This document shows positions 26,600 through 40,629 of a DNA stretch of 64,000 bases, piece after piece. Under the pieces are notes generated by a model that saw only the letters and a program-made list of their open reading frames with translations, was not told the origin of the DNA and did no database searches. Made by a program: the position numbers and the translations under genes. Origin of the DNA: Gnetum montanum (lineage: Eukaryota > Plantae > Gnetophyta). The stretch lies in the NCBI GenBank assembly GCA_015680685.1, contig MNCI01001186.1:240710-304709 (forward strand), given 5' to 3'. Every line of letters starts with the position of its first letter. The stretch's first letter is position 1.

Positions 26600-27586
26600 T
26601 GATGGGCAGTTGAGTATTCCAACACTTGACCATACAAGTCACGAGTGTGCACATACAACCTAATCATAATCCATGGATAGCCAATGTAAATTCACTAGTA
26701 GTTGAGGTTCAGTTTGTGATCACTATCTTTTCAATTTAAGTTACTGAAGCACAAGTTATATGATTTAACTCTCAGTGAAGCATATGATATGTTGATGTTG
26801 TTAGCTCAAACTAAAACTAAGTGTAAACATGGTTGAACTAAAGTAATAGAATCTAAGCCTAAGTGTAATGAAATTAAAGAGACTATTCTAGCCCATAGGC
26901 AATAAGTATCCGTTCTTGATTTACCATTCATGTCTTAGGCTTATGCAATTGTCATTGGGATTACCAAGTGTTACGCTACTAGGTGGACCAAGCAATAACA
27001 CTACTAGGATTACCAAATGATTATGCTATACATTCAAAACCACTTGTACTTATACTACCTTACTAAGGAATAATGAAAAAGTAAAGTACTTAGGAATTAT
27101 AAACAACTTAAGAAAAGAAACCATGTTAAAAGATAGTAATTATGATAAGTAGAAATGAACTAACTAAGAGTAAAGTAAACTAAGTAGAATGCTGCAATGG
27201 TAGAAAACAATCTTGATCTTTATTTTTAGCCATGAATTGTGCCCAAAAATAATTCACTTGAACAAGGATTTCGTATAACTTTTTAACACCATACTACAAG
27301 CATTTGCTAAATTGCTAAGTGTAAATTTATGAAAACAAACTACAAGAATTTGCCTAAGTGTTGGACATAAGTTGTTCTTTTGACATGATGCTAGGTTGGT
27401 ATTTATAGTGGAGACTAGGACCCACTACATCATATCTATGATGATGTAAGCATGGCTACGATATCATACATAATCACCTCTAAATTAACTAGATATTTTC
27501 CTAGCTTCATCCACATTTTATGGCATGGTCTACCATGATGCTTGTAGATCATATGGTTGGCTATTGGACATACTTGTCACTCATCA
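26600..27586 (-). repeat. Athila-type LTR, probably solo
   Basis: TGATGG...TCATCA termini; GGATTACCAAG motifs at ~26960 and ~27007; inverse homology to the LTR at 32480-37571. TSD not clean. Confidence 0.7.
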
Positions 27587-27899
27587 TTTAGTGCGATTGT
27601 AGAAGATGATGTTAGTGATCTCATTATTTGCATCATAAATAATCACTCTTAAAGAAGTTTTAACAATTTATCTTTTAAAATATTTGATATTATTTAGAGT
27701 TCCACATACATTATTAATCAATCATCTTAGTTGTCATCAGGTTGACATTCCACCACATGCAAATAATCTTATAGGGAACAATGATGGAACAAATTGCAAT
27801 GACCACAATAAAATATCATTCTAAGTGAAGGTCCATTATGCATATCTAAATCCTTAGTATTTTAAATTCAATTTTATTTTTCACTAGGATGAGCAAATA

Positions 27900-30790
27900 T
27901 GATGAAGAGACTTACAAGGTAACATCATGCTACCACTTGATATAGTAGCCCCATCTATGCTTATAAATGCATTAATGAGCGGAATTGAATTTATTTTAAA
28001 TGGGTTCTAGATGGACAAGCATATGGCTAGGCCCTATAAATCTATTAATGCACAACATAAGCTAGACCATTTGATAGAGACCCAAGATGAGTTTCACAAA
28101 GGAAAAATGTGATACCATTAACATACCAATCTAAAAAAGAGGATATTGACTATCAATTAGATAAGTCTTATTACCAATGTCCTCTCATCTTCAATCTTGA
28201 TAAAAGAGGTAATACATGAATACATTCTAACTTGGTAAATAATCAAGAAAGAGATGGAATAAGTCCTAGAATAAAGAGTGTCTCAAGGCATGAAACCTCT
28301 AATAGACCAAGGGCTAATGATCAAAGGAATCATGAAAGAAAAACAAGTTGATATGGATCTCCTAGTTCTCCATTTTCTTTTTCCTCTTTATTGTCAATTT
28401 TTAATGAAGATGAATATACACTAAGAGAAAGGGCTCCAAACAAGGGCCATGACTAACAACCTAATGGAAATGATAAAAGGAATCTTGACAGACATCCTAG
28501 TAAAGATGGAGACAAAGGTAGAAAATAGGTAAGAAGGTAAGAAAGAAGACATAGAAGAAATTATAGAAGATGTCATGGTGGTTGGATGGTTAGAGGCCAT
28601 GATTATGATTATTATATGCTTAATGATGATGAATCTTTGTTAGCTAAAAAAAACATGATCTAAATTTGTAAGGACATTAGCATTCCATATAGACATTGAA
28701 AGGAGAGCCACATTACGTAACTAGATATGAATAATATTCCCAAATTCAAGGGAGGCTAAAAATCTAATCCAAAATATCATATATAGGTCTTTCATAATGG
28801 GTGTATCTTGTAAAATATTAAAAGAAAATGAAAAAATGTAAAAATATTTCCAAGGATTCTAAATAAAGAATTTGAAATTTAGTAATGATAAATAGAAACA
28901 AAGTTAATCCAATGAAGGTCTACAATGCTCAAGCTCTTCAATGAGAAGTACCATACATATTTAAGAGTGTTTAACTTGAAAAAGTAAATTTAAGGATGAA
29001 AATAAGGAAACCATGAATTCTTTGATATAATCCTAGACAAATACCATTCTTTGTTGCATAGATTTCCAATCCATGGATTTTTCTTAAAAGGAGAAACTCT
29101 ATCATAGATGGTCTCCAAAATAGAACCAGGGAGATCCTTGGGATCTATGCTCAATGAAGACTATTAGAGCTAAGTGTTTATTAGATCCAAAGGCTCATTG
29201 ACTAACTCTAAAAATGGGAGGGAGAGTGACGCAAGAGGAAGAGTATAGATAAATACAATTAGAATCCATCTCTTTACAAGAAGGAACTATGTATATGTGA
29301 CTTGTAGAAGGAAGAGGTACCTCTTGATGAGGTGATTCAATGAAAAACTTGGCTTATAGAAAATTTCATCACTGAGATAGAGGTAAGCATTTACAAAATA
29401 TGGGATTCAATAGATGAGAAATTTTTATTCACTCTAGAAATTATGAAGGAACAAACTAAGCAAGTAAGTGCAAGAGACTAGAACAAGAGAATGAAGAAAG
29501 ACAAGAAAGTAGAAAAGGACAATTACTTGTAGAAAGAAAAAGCTATAGTGATTGAAGAAGTTATAAATTTAGACTTAAAGGAACATGATGGATGTGACAT
29601 TTGTACGTATGAACATCTAGAGGATTGTTTTTCTATCATGTAACATCTACAAGACTTTGAGACATACACTTTGAATTCAAAATTCATGAAGAAGAAAATG
29701 TTCATATGATTGACTTATTCACAAGAAAACTATAACTATTCACCAATAACAATATTATTCAAATGAAACTCTTCTCAATCTTAATACTATTATTAGTACT
29801 AGTGGTCAAACCAAGTCATTGTGGATGTTACCACCTAGGCAACAATACCCTTAATCCTTATCAAACCCATATGGATATTATGTCCAACAACTTGTTTTCC
29901 CTAGTGGTCCAGTTACTCATTCCTTCATTCATTACTATTATTCTCTAGCATTTCATTGACCTATAATACCTTGCATAGAGTTACCATCATATATCCCTCA
30001 CTACTTGTCACATCCTCCTCAATACCCTCATACTTCTTTTTCACTTGTGCCACCTTCACCAATGTAGGGAGAGTTGTTGTAACTACCATAATTGAAAAAT
30101 ACCACTCATGTTGTCACACAATCAATGAAATGATAGTTCTAGTAGCTTTGATTGTAAGCCTAGGAAGCACCCTTTATTTAAGATTGTTTTCATGCCTCTA
30201 GAGGGAGCTAGTAGACTTGCCACCCATCAAGACTAACATGAGGCCTAGATGAGATAACTTCCTTCGTTACACAAACATCTTTAAATCCTATGTAGGAACC
30301 AATAGTCATTTTCATTCCAAAATAAAACATAAATACTATCATGCTTACACATGCCGTTGCAAATTAGATAAAAATGAGTGCTCTTCTAAAGAAAAGAACA
30401 AACCTAAGAAGTTTTATCGACTTACAAATTGCAAAAAATCCCCCTTGTAATGCTCCACTAAACTTAGGTTCAGGTATGAATTTCATTTCTTGAGAAATGT
30501 AAAAAAATTAGAACTTACCCCTGATGAGAAAGAATAATATCTAGTTAGCATTTGTTGATCATTCTATCATAGTTTCTTTGGGCCATGTTGATAATGTGAT
30601 GACCATAAAAAGTAGATGATCATATCTAGCATATTTCTTAGTAATCCATGTTAGTAATAGTAAAGGAGAATATTTCATCATCATGGGAAGGATATGATTT
30701 AGCACTTTTGATGCTAAGCTATGCATAACTAAAATTTCATTGAAGATCACCAAGGAAAATTAGCATGACATCATAGAGAAGTAGAGAATT
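27900..30790 (+). pseudogene. gag: Athila gag-protease remnant
   Basis: MNNIPKFKGG at ~28727; IWDSIDEKF at ~29398; protease-like LNLGSGMNFIS at ~30458 and IIMGR at ~30677. No RT follows. Confidence 0.8.
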
Positions 30791-32479
30791 CCATGCATAA
30801 CTTACAATAATACAAAGTACAATTGTGGGTAGAAAGTTTGGGCTATGAATAAGACCATCATACTTGTTCATAACAAACTTAAAAAATATTAGTGTATGTA
30901 ACAATATGTGTATACAATGGTCACTAAATTAAAAGACACCCGTTGGCTAGAAAATAAAAGCCTCAAATTATCTAAAATATGCATAAAACCCACACAACAA
31001 TTGAATAGTTCTTGTGTTAAGAAAATGTATTAGGCAAGAAAAACACAATCAAAAATTTTTCAATTCAATTATTTATTAGAAAAACATGCTAAGTGGGATT
31101 AAATTAAACTTCCAAAAAGCAATGTCTGATTTATAAATATATAGGAAGAAAGTGTTAACCATAGAAAAGCTAAAATCAAAATCTAGAAAGAAACCACATG
31201 TAGACCATTTAAAATGAGGGAGGAGGCGATACCAAAAAAATGAATAATAAAATTTAAAAAATTCAGAGTACATATATCACCAAAGAGAAAGTATAAATAA
31301 AAAGCTTAATGATTTTGGGAATGTCTTTTTAGGTTTTCATCATTATAACCAATCCTAAAATACCTCCCCTCTTGGCTAGGAAAATGATCAAGTCTTATCC
31401 TTATTCAAAAGCACCCTCATAGGTTTTCACTTCTAACTAAATCATTTTCTTGTAAAAGGAAAAAAAAAAAACTCTCTCTCAAGATAAAAGAATACATCAA
31501 TAAGAAATAAAGAACATATAGTAACAAAAGTTGAAAGCTTCCCATCCTAGAGCCTTCAAAACAAAAAGAAATTAATATTATAGAAAATAGATTAATTGTG
31601 TAGCTTTCACTTAGAGCTTTTTGGCTTGAATTTATAACTTAAAAGAGAACTCTTTAAGAATCTTGTATTTGACTTCTAAAAAGAGGTTATAGTTATGCTC
31701 TTCTTGCTAGAAAATAGCTATACACCAAAGATTCCAAATAGAGCAGAGAACAAGTGGTTGAAGATAATTCCAAATGCAAAGAAAGGAAGTAGAAAAAACA
31801 TGCTGATCACTAAGAATGACTTTATTGATGCTTGGTTAAAATTTTTTACAAATTCTAGATATCCATTTTCAATCATGTTGAGCAACAAGATACTCAACAA
31901 AAACATGGAAAAATGAGTCTTCACATCTACAAAGAAGACATTGAGTGCCAATAGAAAGACCTTAATAAATATGACATCATAAAAAAAATACAAATTTTAG
32001 GAAAAATGTAGAAGCTCTCTAATTATCTTTTATTTTTCTCATTTAAAAGTGTGAAAATAATTGCTTTTTCTAGGAGTCATTAAATTTTTTATGAATAAAA
32101 TTATTCTTTGTAATAATCTTACAAGCAACTTTTGAATTAAAAGGAAAAATAAATTTTCCATCCTTCCAAAAAATATTTGGAAAAGCTTGATGCAAACTAT
32201 TATCAATTTTAAATAAATTCTCAAAATTAGAAATTAAGTTTTCAAATTTCTTTTTCCTCTTTCTATTCAAATCATAAAGGATAGAAGCTTCATTCCAACT
32301 AATTCATCTATCATGCATACGTAGATAAGAAACTATAGTAATATCAAATTTTCTCCAAGTGGTACATAATCTAGATGCATTAGAAGCCCAAGCTCCTTTA
32401 TTAAAAAGAAGCAACCGTGGGCTAATTTGCTTAAGCATATCTTTTGAAAATGTAATATTGTTAAAATGAGAATTATGAG

Positions 32480-35400
32480 TGTTGATATCTTAGTTACAAT
32501 ATTGTAGCTCTACATATGTCATTGTAGATATGATGTAGTGGGCCTAAGGTACAAGTTTTGTCCAACAATTAGTCTATAACATCCCCATTTCCAAATGATG
32601 TCATTGCATAATGAAGATGATGTCTCTTAATAACTAATCTTGAGATTAGTGTAACAAGCCTTGAAAAGAGTAGTTGTAATTAAGACCTAAAAGAACATAT
32701 TGTAATAATAGAAATGTCTCTTGAGATGACCTTTGAGGGTTTTACCAAAGGTATTTATACTCGAGCATTAGAAGTCATATTAACATGGAGTTGTGGAGTT
32801 GGTAAATATGAGTAATGGGTACTAAGTGAAGCAGGATAGAAAGAGGACTAGCCATCATTTCTAGCCAATTGTAGGCCTAACCGGGGTGGAAATTTTGGAT
32901 TGCCTTTAAGGGATAGATGCAAAGTAAAAAAACCCCAAGGAACACTCAGAGCATGATCCAAACACATTATTTTACATTAATAAAGTATTATTTCCTTTTT
33001 CCTTCTGCATTTTTCCTATTATTTTCTTTACACTAAATGTCGAATGTTACAAATATTTGATATTTGCTACATTATCTTCTTATGCATAATGTTTAATATA
33101 ATGTATACTTGACGTTTGCTATGACCTTTGGGAATGGGATGTCACATTTGGTATCAAAGCAAACCACAACACAAGGGCCAATCAAAACCAAGAACCAACT
33201 ATGATTTAATGAAAAAATAAGAAGCCATGAGCTAGAGAGAATCATGGACCGCCACCAAATGTGCCTCATGTTTAAGATGACCCATATAAGCTTAGAAGTT
33301 ATCTTTTAAGCAATTTTTCATGGACAATAGAGTCTAGGACCACACATATACGAGAGGATCATGAACATGTATAATGTTTAGGATAGATCCCACTAACCAA
33401 TAAGATCTTCTTTATGGATACTAGTGATCAAGAAATTTGATTACACCTCACCAAGATTCATCAATCGAAAGATATGTTGGTAAGACAAGAATACACTAAT
33501 CTACATAACTCTTACCTATCTTGTAGTGATATTAGAATGTTAATTGATTAAGGTCATTCTTAAGTACCTTGCTAGGGTATAACTAGAGGGGATAGACCTA
33601 CATCATTTGCAAAATTGTATGATATATTTTTGCCATTTTTATCCAAGAGTCAGTTTATCATTATAATTGAAACCAAGTATCTTACAAGTTATCATGTCAT
33701 GTATACATTAGCCTAGTAATGTCAATTCAACAAAATAAGCTATTTTGGTCATTTCAAATTCTAAAATTCTAACTTGGTTTTAGGACACTAAAACCATGTC
33801 CAATGCGTAGTACTCGTTGAGATGATTCCAACAATACAAATTTCATCTCAATCAAAATCACAGTTTTGGGAGATACTGTTGTTTAAATTTTTCTGGATAT
33901 GAAAACATTATAAAATAATAATAAATTATTAAATTATTTATTTTAAATATTAATAGAAATTATTTTCGTAACGGAAAATTTTCAACATTTTAAATATAGA
34001 CATAAAGTTTAAATATAAAAATGTGAAAAATATTTTTGAAAAGAAAATTTGGCATGTTGGTAGCAATCGATTAAGCCACTTAGTATTGAGATGGGTGGCC
34101 TCTTGGGAAGTATCATTTTCCCTATCCAAAATTTTGGACATCAAAAGCCATAACATTTTGTTTTGGAAGCCTTTTTAAGTGAACAAAGAGTTGTTTCTTA
34201 GAGATTTCAACCTCCCAAATGTGAAGTTAGGTCAGTCCCATAGAGCTCCAAAAAATAGTTTTTTATGCCTTGCCCAACATAATGCCTCAAGACCCCCATA
34301 AACTCATTTTAGCATAACTTGGGCATATAATATTCATTTTTAACATATGAATAGTTACTTCCAACATTTTTCACCTTTTGAACTCAATGGTGAAGTCAAA
34401 TTCATCATTCAAGCATCAAATAATTTAATGATACCTTATATCGTGCCTTGAAGAGACCATAACTTAGACTAACTAATCATGCCTAATAATTTAGTTTGGA
34501 GTAATAAATTTAACCTCTTGGACCTTAAAATCAAGTGCTTAACCTTTGTAGATAGATAGTCTTAGCGTATTAACCCAAAATGTATATTTAGTTACACTAC
34601 AGAGTCATTGTCTTAGGGGGGTAGAAAGGCCATTAAGAATCTAGATAATGTAGCTAGATGTTACTAAACCAAATTAGTTGATAATTCAATTAGTGAACTA
34701 GAATTGTTAAAAATATAAATATCAATTTATCTTGAAACCAAATCACATGATAAAATAACATGGAGAATCATAATCTTGTTTCAACAAGATGTATGATACC
34801 CATGAAGAGAACTAACCTAGGAGAGAATCCAAGAATGAGAATGAAAGTTACAACAGATAATATACTTCCAAGACCCATTGTCAATGAAAGAAAAACAACA
34901 TTTTCTATGACCACCATGGACCTTGGATTGACATAAGTATCAATACCTCGTACATCTTAGTAGAATTTGAAGATTTGAATATTTATGTCTAGTGTGTACA
35001 AGAACTTCTACAATGGAAATTCTCATATCAATTCCAAATAGACTTTGAAAAGATATGATCTCTAAAATTTTAGAACTTTAAATCATGGACAAGAAAGAAT
35101 GTTCAAGGTTCTAGATAAGCCACACACCTTGACATTTATATTAAAAATCAAGTCAAAAAGACATGTATGTCTTAGTAACACATATTTAATTGTCAAATCA
35201 ACATGTTCAAATGTCAAACTTTACCAAGTGGCATACTTGATCAACCATAGAAAGAAAAGTTTGAAGAATAAGTTATTCCTAAGTCATACCAATATCAATA
35301 TAGTGTTATTCATCCTTTGTGAAGACTTCAATGTAAAAGTTGAAAATAGAGTTATCAATTCATAAATTATGGATGTATAAAACAACCCTTGGAAGAGGAA

Positions 35401-37571
35401 TCCAATTTTAAGAAAATGTTTTCATAAATTCAAAATGCAATTCCATTGGGCAATGCATATTTTCCTTACTTTAAATATCCAATAGATAAGTCAAATCTTA
35501 AAATTCAAGAACATGTGATGTTGTTGGATAGAATTCATCAAGAATCACAGTTTATCAATTACACTATCATGATTAATGAAGATGGATCAACATCATTCTT
35601 CATCGAAATCATAGACTATATTTAGTACGATGTCCAATTATTTCAAGCTACCAAGTTGCTAGAGTTAAATTCTAAAGAAGAAGTTGAGAAGAAGTAAAAT
35701 CAAGCCTTGCCATCCTAAACAAGAATATCCAATCATATACATCCTACTATAGAACTATAACTACTTTCATTGATCCCTAAGATTGATTGAGATCAGGGAG
35801 CATCTTAACCTTACTTTTTATCTTATTATTTTCTTTATTGTTTATTTTATATTTTAATTTGATAAGTAAAACATCTAAGGTAATACAAGTTGAGAATAAG
35901 GATTTGCCCCATCTTCACTTGGGTAACTAGATATGAGTTGCACTTTGTGACCTTGGTTAGGATTGGCGATTGGTGGTTGGTAGACCTTTAATTCACTTCT
36001 TATTATTCTCTTAGAGCATGAGGTAAGTATTGATAAAATAAGATTTAATTCTTATATATATATTTATTAATTATATTTTGTTTACAAAACAAGAAAGAGA
36101 ACATTAGGATATAGAGCTTCAAGTCCAAAGAATAAATCAAAGTATTGGAGCANATATAGATATACAACTTCAAGTCCAAAGAAAAAAATCAAATTATTAG
36201 AGGATAGGAGAAAAAAAGGAGCATTAGAACTGGAAAAGATAGTGAATGTTGACTCATTCAAGTATGAACAAAACCTAAGGGGGGGATATTGTAACATCCC
36301 CATTTTCAAATGATGCCACTGCATAATGAAGATGGTCTCTCTTCATAACTAACCTTGAGATTAGTGTAACAAAATCCAAAAAGGGTAGTTGTAATTAAGA
36401 CCTGAAAGGAAATATTGTAATAATAGACATGTTTCTTGAGGTGACCTTTGGGGGTTTAAGCTAAGGTATTTATACTTGGGCATTAGAAATTGTATTAGTA
36501 TGAAGTTGTAGAATTAGTAAAGGCAAGTAATAGATGTTGGATGAAGCAAGACAGAAAGAGGGCTAGCCATATCTTCTAGCTAGTTGTAGGTCTAATCATG
36601 GTGGTTGTGCTGGATTGCCTCTAAGGAATAGATGCCAGATGAAGAAAACCTGAAGGAACACTCAGAGCATGATCTAGATACACTATTTCACTTAATAAAG
36701 CATTCATTCCTTTTTCTTTTTGCATTTTCCATGTTATTCTCTTTATGTTGAATGTTGAATGTTACACATATTTGACATTTACGACATTATCTTCTTATGC
36801 ATAATGTCAAATATAACATATATTTGACATTTTCGATGACATCCAAGAATGGAATGTCACGTAGTCAAATTCTTGCAATTTGTTTTTGTCAAGTTAAGGT
36901 TAGATTAAATGTCCACAATGTGGTGAATTACAATTATAAAAAATATTTATTTGAGTGGATTGTTCCTAGACATAATTCATGAATGATAATAAAGAATGAG
37001 ATTTCTTTATCATTGTAGCATATCACTTAACATAGATTTATTTTCCCTAATGTATACTTTCCTTAAGTCATTTACATTCCTTAAGTGATTTACTATTCCA
37101 ATGTCTATTAGTAAGGCAAAATAAGTACGATCGATTTTGAGCATAATGTGTAATTATTTGGTAACCTAATAGTGACATTGCTTAATTCACTCAATAGTGA
37201 AGTTACTTGGTAATCCAAGTGACAATCACATCAACCTAGGACATGTATGGAAAACTAGGAATGGATACTTATCACCATTGGATAGAATAATTTTACATTC
37301 TCATTGTACTTAGAAATAGAATTTACATCCACTTTCACTATGTTTACACTTAGTGTTATTAAGAGCCAGTAAACATTAGTTATCATGTACCTCACTAAAA
37401 GTTAAACCATATGATTGGCACTTCACTAACTCTAAGTGGAAAGATAACAATCATGAACTTAATATCAACTTGCTAGTATACTTACATTGCCCATCCACAT
37501 ATTATGATCTGGTCACATGTAAACACTTGTGACTTGTATGGTTGAGTGTTGGAATACCCAAACACTCATCA
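32480..37571 (+). repeat. Athila-type 3' LTR split by the nested element at 32575-36861
   Basis: Segments 32480-32574 and 36867-37571 join to give the reverse complement of the 26600-27586 LTR; ends ...CACTCATCA. Confidence 0.75.
32575..36861 (+). mobile_element. Non-autonomous LTR retrotransposon with chromovirus-like termini (572-bp LTRs at 32575-33146 and 36290-36861)
   Basis: T(G/A)TAACATCCC...ATGTCAC(A/G) termini; PBS TGGTATCAAAGC at 33149; PPT AAGGGGGGGA at 36277; perfect TSD TAGTC; no recognisable pol. Confidence 0.9.
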
Positions 37572-37699
37572 AATATTATTGTAATTCAAATATTTACTAA
37601 GGTTTCATCATGTCTTCCAAATTTATTTAAGAATTGGAGAACTAGAAATAAAAATGCAGAAGGAAAAAAAGATAGTAAAGAAAGTTACTAGAATACCAA

Positions 37700-40600
37700 C
37701 TATTATTATTTTTTAGGAAAAGAAAAACCTAGTTCTATGGTGGTTGGGACACAAAAAGAGTTACAAGTACATATAGATGATATACTGAGCATATCATAAA
37801 TATCTCTAGAGTCATCAAAACCTAGCAAATTCATTTTTATTAATAGCTATTCATCAAATATAGAGAGCTTGAATGATAAGCGATCTTGGTTAGATGTGAG
37901 CATTTTGAAAGATAGAAGCATTCCTAGCCATTCATAATTGATAAAGAAAACATGGGTGCAAGCCTTTTAATACTGTTACTTCTATTTGTTCTTTCCTAAT
38001 GGCTAGAGTCTAAGAACATCCTTCATAGTTGAATATAATTTAAAAAATGCCAAAAATAGTTTGCATTTGTTTCTGAAATTCTTAGGATTTTGGACATTGG
38101 AAAAAAAATGATTGTGTCTTTGCATAATTTACACATTGTAAACACTTTTCATCATCTATTATACCTCTATGTTTTAGCAACTCCTTTACTAGAAAATGAT
38201 CATGTAAAATCTTAAAAAAGAATATCTTATGATGTGGTAGGAGGAATTGATACCACCAAAGATCCTTAACTAGATTCAAGGTAGTAGTTGTAAGTCTTTG
38301 ATATGCATCATGTAAATAATATGAGAAATAATTATTCCATTTAATTATATTTCAACTAAGTTGGGTATGTGACACAAACCAATCTTTTAAGCTCTCAAAA
38401 CTTTGCTAGGTAGGGCTTCCTTCAATGATGGGGGAAGCATTAAAAAATAAAAATCCTCCATAAAGATACTTAGCTTGTATAAATATAGCCCAAGGTTTAT
38501 CTAAAGTATATAACTAGTAGATTAATTTTCCTAATAGTTCAAAATTAACATTTAAGAGATGATGAATGACCTAGCCCCCTACCTTTGTAGATGTACACAT
38601 AGTCTCCCAATTAAGACAATGGAATGAATGAGAATTATTGGATCACAAGAATATCCTTTCAAACTCTAGCTTCTTAAGAATGGTCATAAGGACTTTATAA
38701 ATTAAGAATAAGTAAAAAGGTAATGAAAAAAAGAATTGATTTGATCAATCGAAGCCTACCTTCTTGTCAAAGTAGCTTTTCTTTTTAGTTAGCAAGTCTT
38801 TTGAAGAATTTATCAATTAGCTCATTCCAACCTGAAACCTTCCTTTTGACTAGAAAAATAAGAATGTTGAGATATTTCGTGGGAAGAGAATCTTCCATAC
38901 ACTTCACCTGATCATAGAACAGGTTAAAAATATTTGGAGTGCCTGAGTTAAACATCTTCCTTTTAGTAAAATTAATTTGTGGACTTGAAGCAACAGAAAA
39001 GTGCTAAAGACATTGAACCATATTTTATAAATTTTTCCTTAACCCTTCCAAAAATAAGAAAGTGTCAAAAAAATGTGAGTGAGTAATTGTAACAACTTAA
39101 AGCAAGGGTAATACCTTTGATATGTCTCAATGTTTGTTCACTTCTCAAAAAAGCTACAAATACTTCCATTTCTAATAAAAAGAGATATGGTGAAATAAGA
39201 TCCCCCTACTGCAAGCCAATTTTAGCATATATGTCTCCTTCTCTTTACCCAGCTTGCTAATCCAATGATCTGAAAAGCCAAAGGCTAAGAGCATTGTGTC
39301 TATATAGTTCAAATTAATTCTATCATATGCTTTGTTGATATCTAATTTTAAGGCTAGGCTATGATTTCTCTATAAAATTGTAGAATGTAGAATTTCCTCT
39401 ATAAGTATCACCTGATCCAGAATATGTCTCCCTGAAATAAAACTAGCTTATTCAGGAGATATAATCAAAGGCAAAAATTTTTGCATTCGCAGTGCAAGAA
39501 ATTTGGAAATGATTTTGTACAAAGTGGAATAAAAACTAATGGGCCTAAAGTCTTTAATATTTAAAGCTTGGTTCCTTTTTAATAAGAGAGCAATCTAAGT
39601 AATATTTAGTTCAAAGAGGATCTTATCAATTTGCCAAAATTCAAAAATCATATCATAGATATCCTTGCCTATAATATGTCATAATATTTTGAAAAAATCT
39701 AATGGATAACCATCTATACTGGGGATCTTATTATCTGCCATACTAAATACTACATCATGAAATTCAACTACAGTAGGAGGGGAGTTTAATAATTGAATAT
39801 CATAAGAAGAGATATGCTTATCTATACATGAAACAACCTTATTGATAAGGGGCTTATTGGATTTAGTATCTTTTCCCATCAAGTCTTAATAGAAGGAGAC
39901 TATCATTTTTGATATATGCTTAGGGTTACTATTCAATGAACAATTTTTGTTGTAACTAAAGGCTACAATTTTTTGAATGTCTAAAAGATGCAGATGTGTA
40001 GAAGAATTCAGAGTTCACATCACCTTTAAGAATCCACTTACTCTTTGCTTTTTGCCTCCAATAAATAGTTTCTTGTTGACGATAATGATAATAATTATGT
40101 AATTCCTCCCATTATTTTCTCTATCTTTTTAAAGTTCATCCTTGTGTTTGAATATGTTGTTGAATGTCATTTATAGAATTTAATCAGCTGATGTTCTCAT
40201 CACCAATCAATCAACGCTTTGCATAGATTTTTAAGTTTTTGTAGAATAGAAAATTGTACTAAGCCTTTGGATAAACCTCTCTAGACATGAGAAACTAAAC
40301 ATTACACTTCTAGTTTAGAACCCAAATATTACTTCCAATGAAATAAGTGATGAGAGTAAGCTTGCCCAATTTCCAAAAGTAAGGGATAGTGATCTAAATA
40401 TGTCCTTATTAGGAAACGAGCTTGGAAAGATGGAAAGGATTGCAACCATGCTTCAGTGAAGGAAAAATGATCCAAGTGACAAAGAATTCTTTCTTGCCTT
40501 ATTTGGATATTGGACTAGGTGTATTGACATCCTATAATTGGGATATAAATAAGATGAACTATTATCATTCTTAGATTTTCCATGTATAAGTTTTTTTATT
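37700..40600 (-). mobile_element. L1 LINE ORF2 remnant (end of APE, RT, zf-RVT)
   Basis: DFRPISFYSTLYKIISK, LKLDINKAYDRI, GLQ*GDLISPYLF, KIPSIDGYPLDFFK, CLQCVNYAKTQSFFFQCP. Confidence 0.9.
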
Positions 40601-40629
40601 AAAAGAAACATCAAGATATCATCTCTACT

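Noticed and set aside
30800-32450. Short Phe/Ile/Lys-rich ORFs that look like membrane proteins
   Set aside because: Compositional artefacts of very AT-rich decayed sequence; the same applies to 46400-47500.
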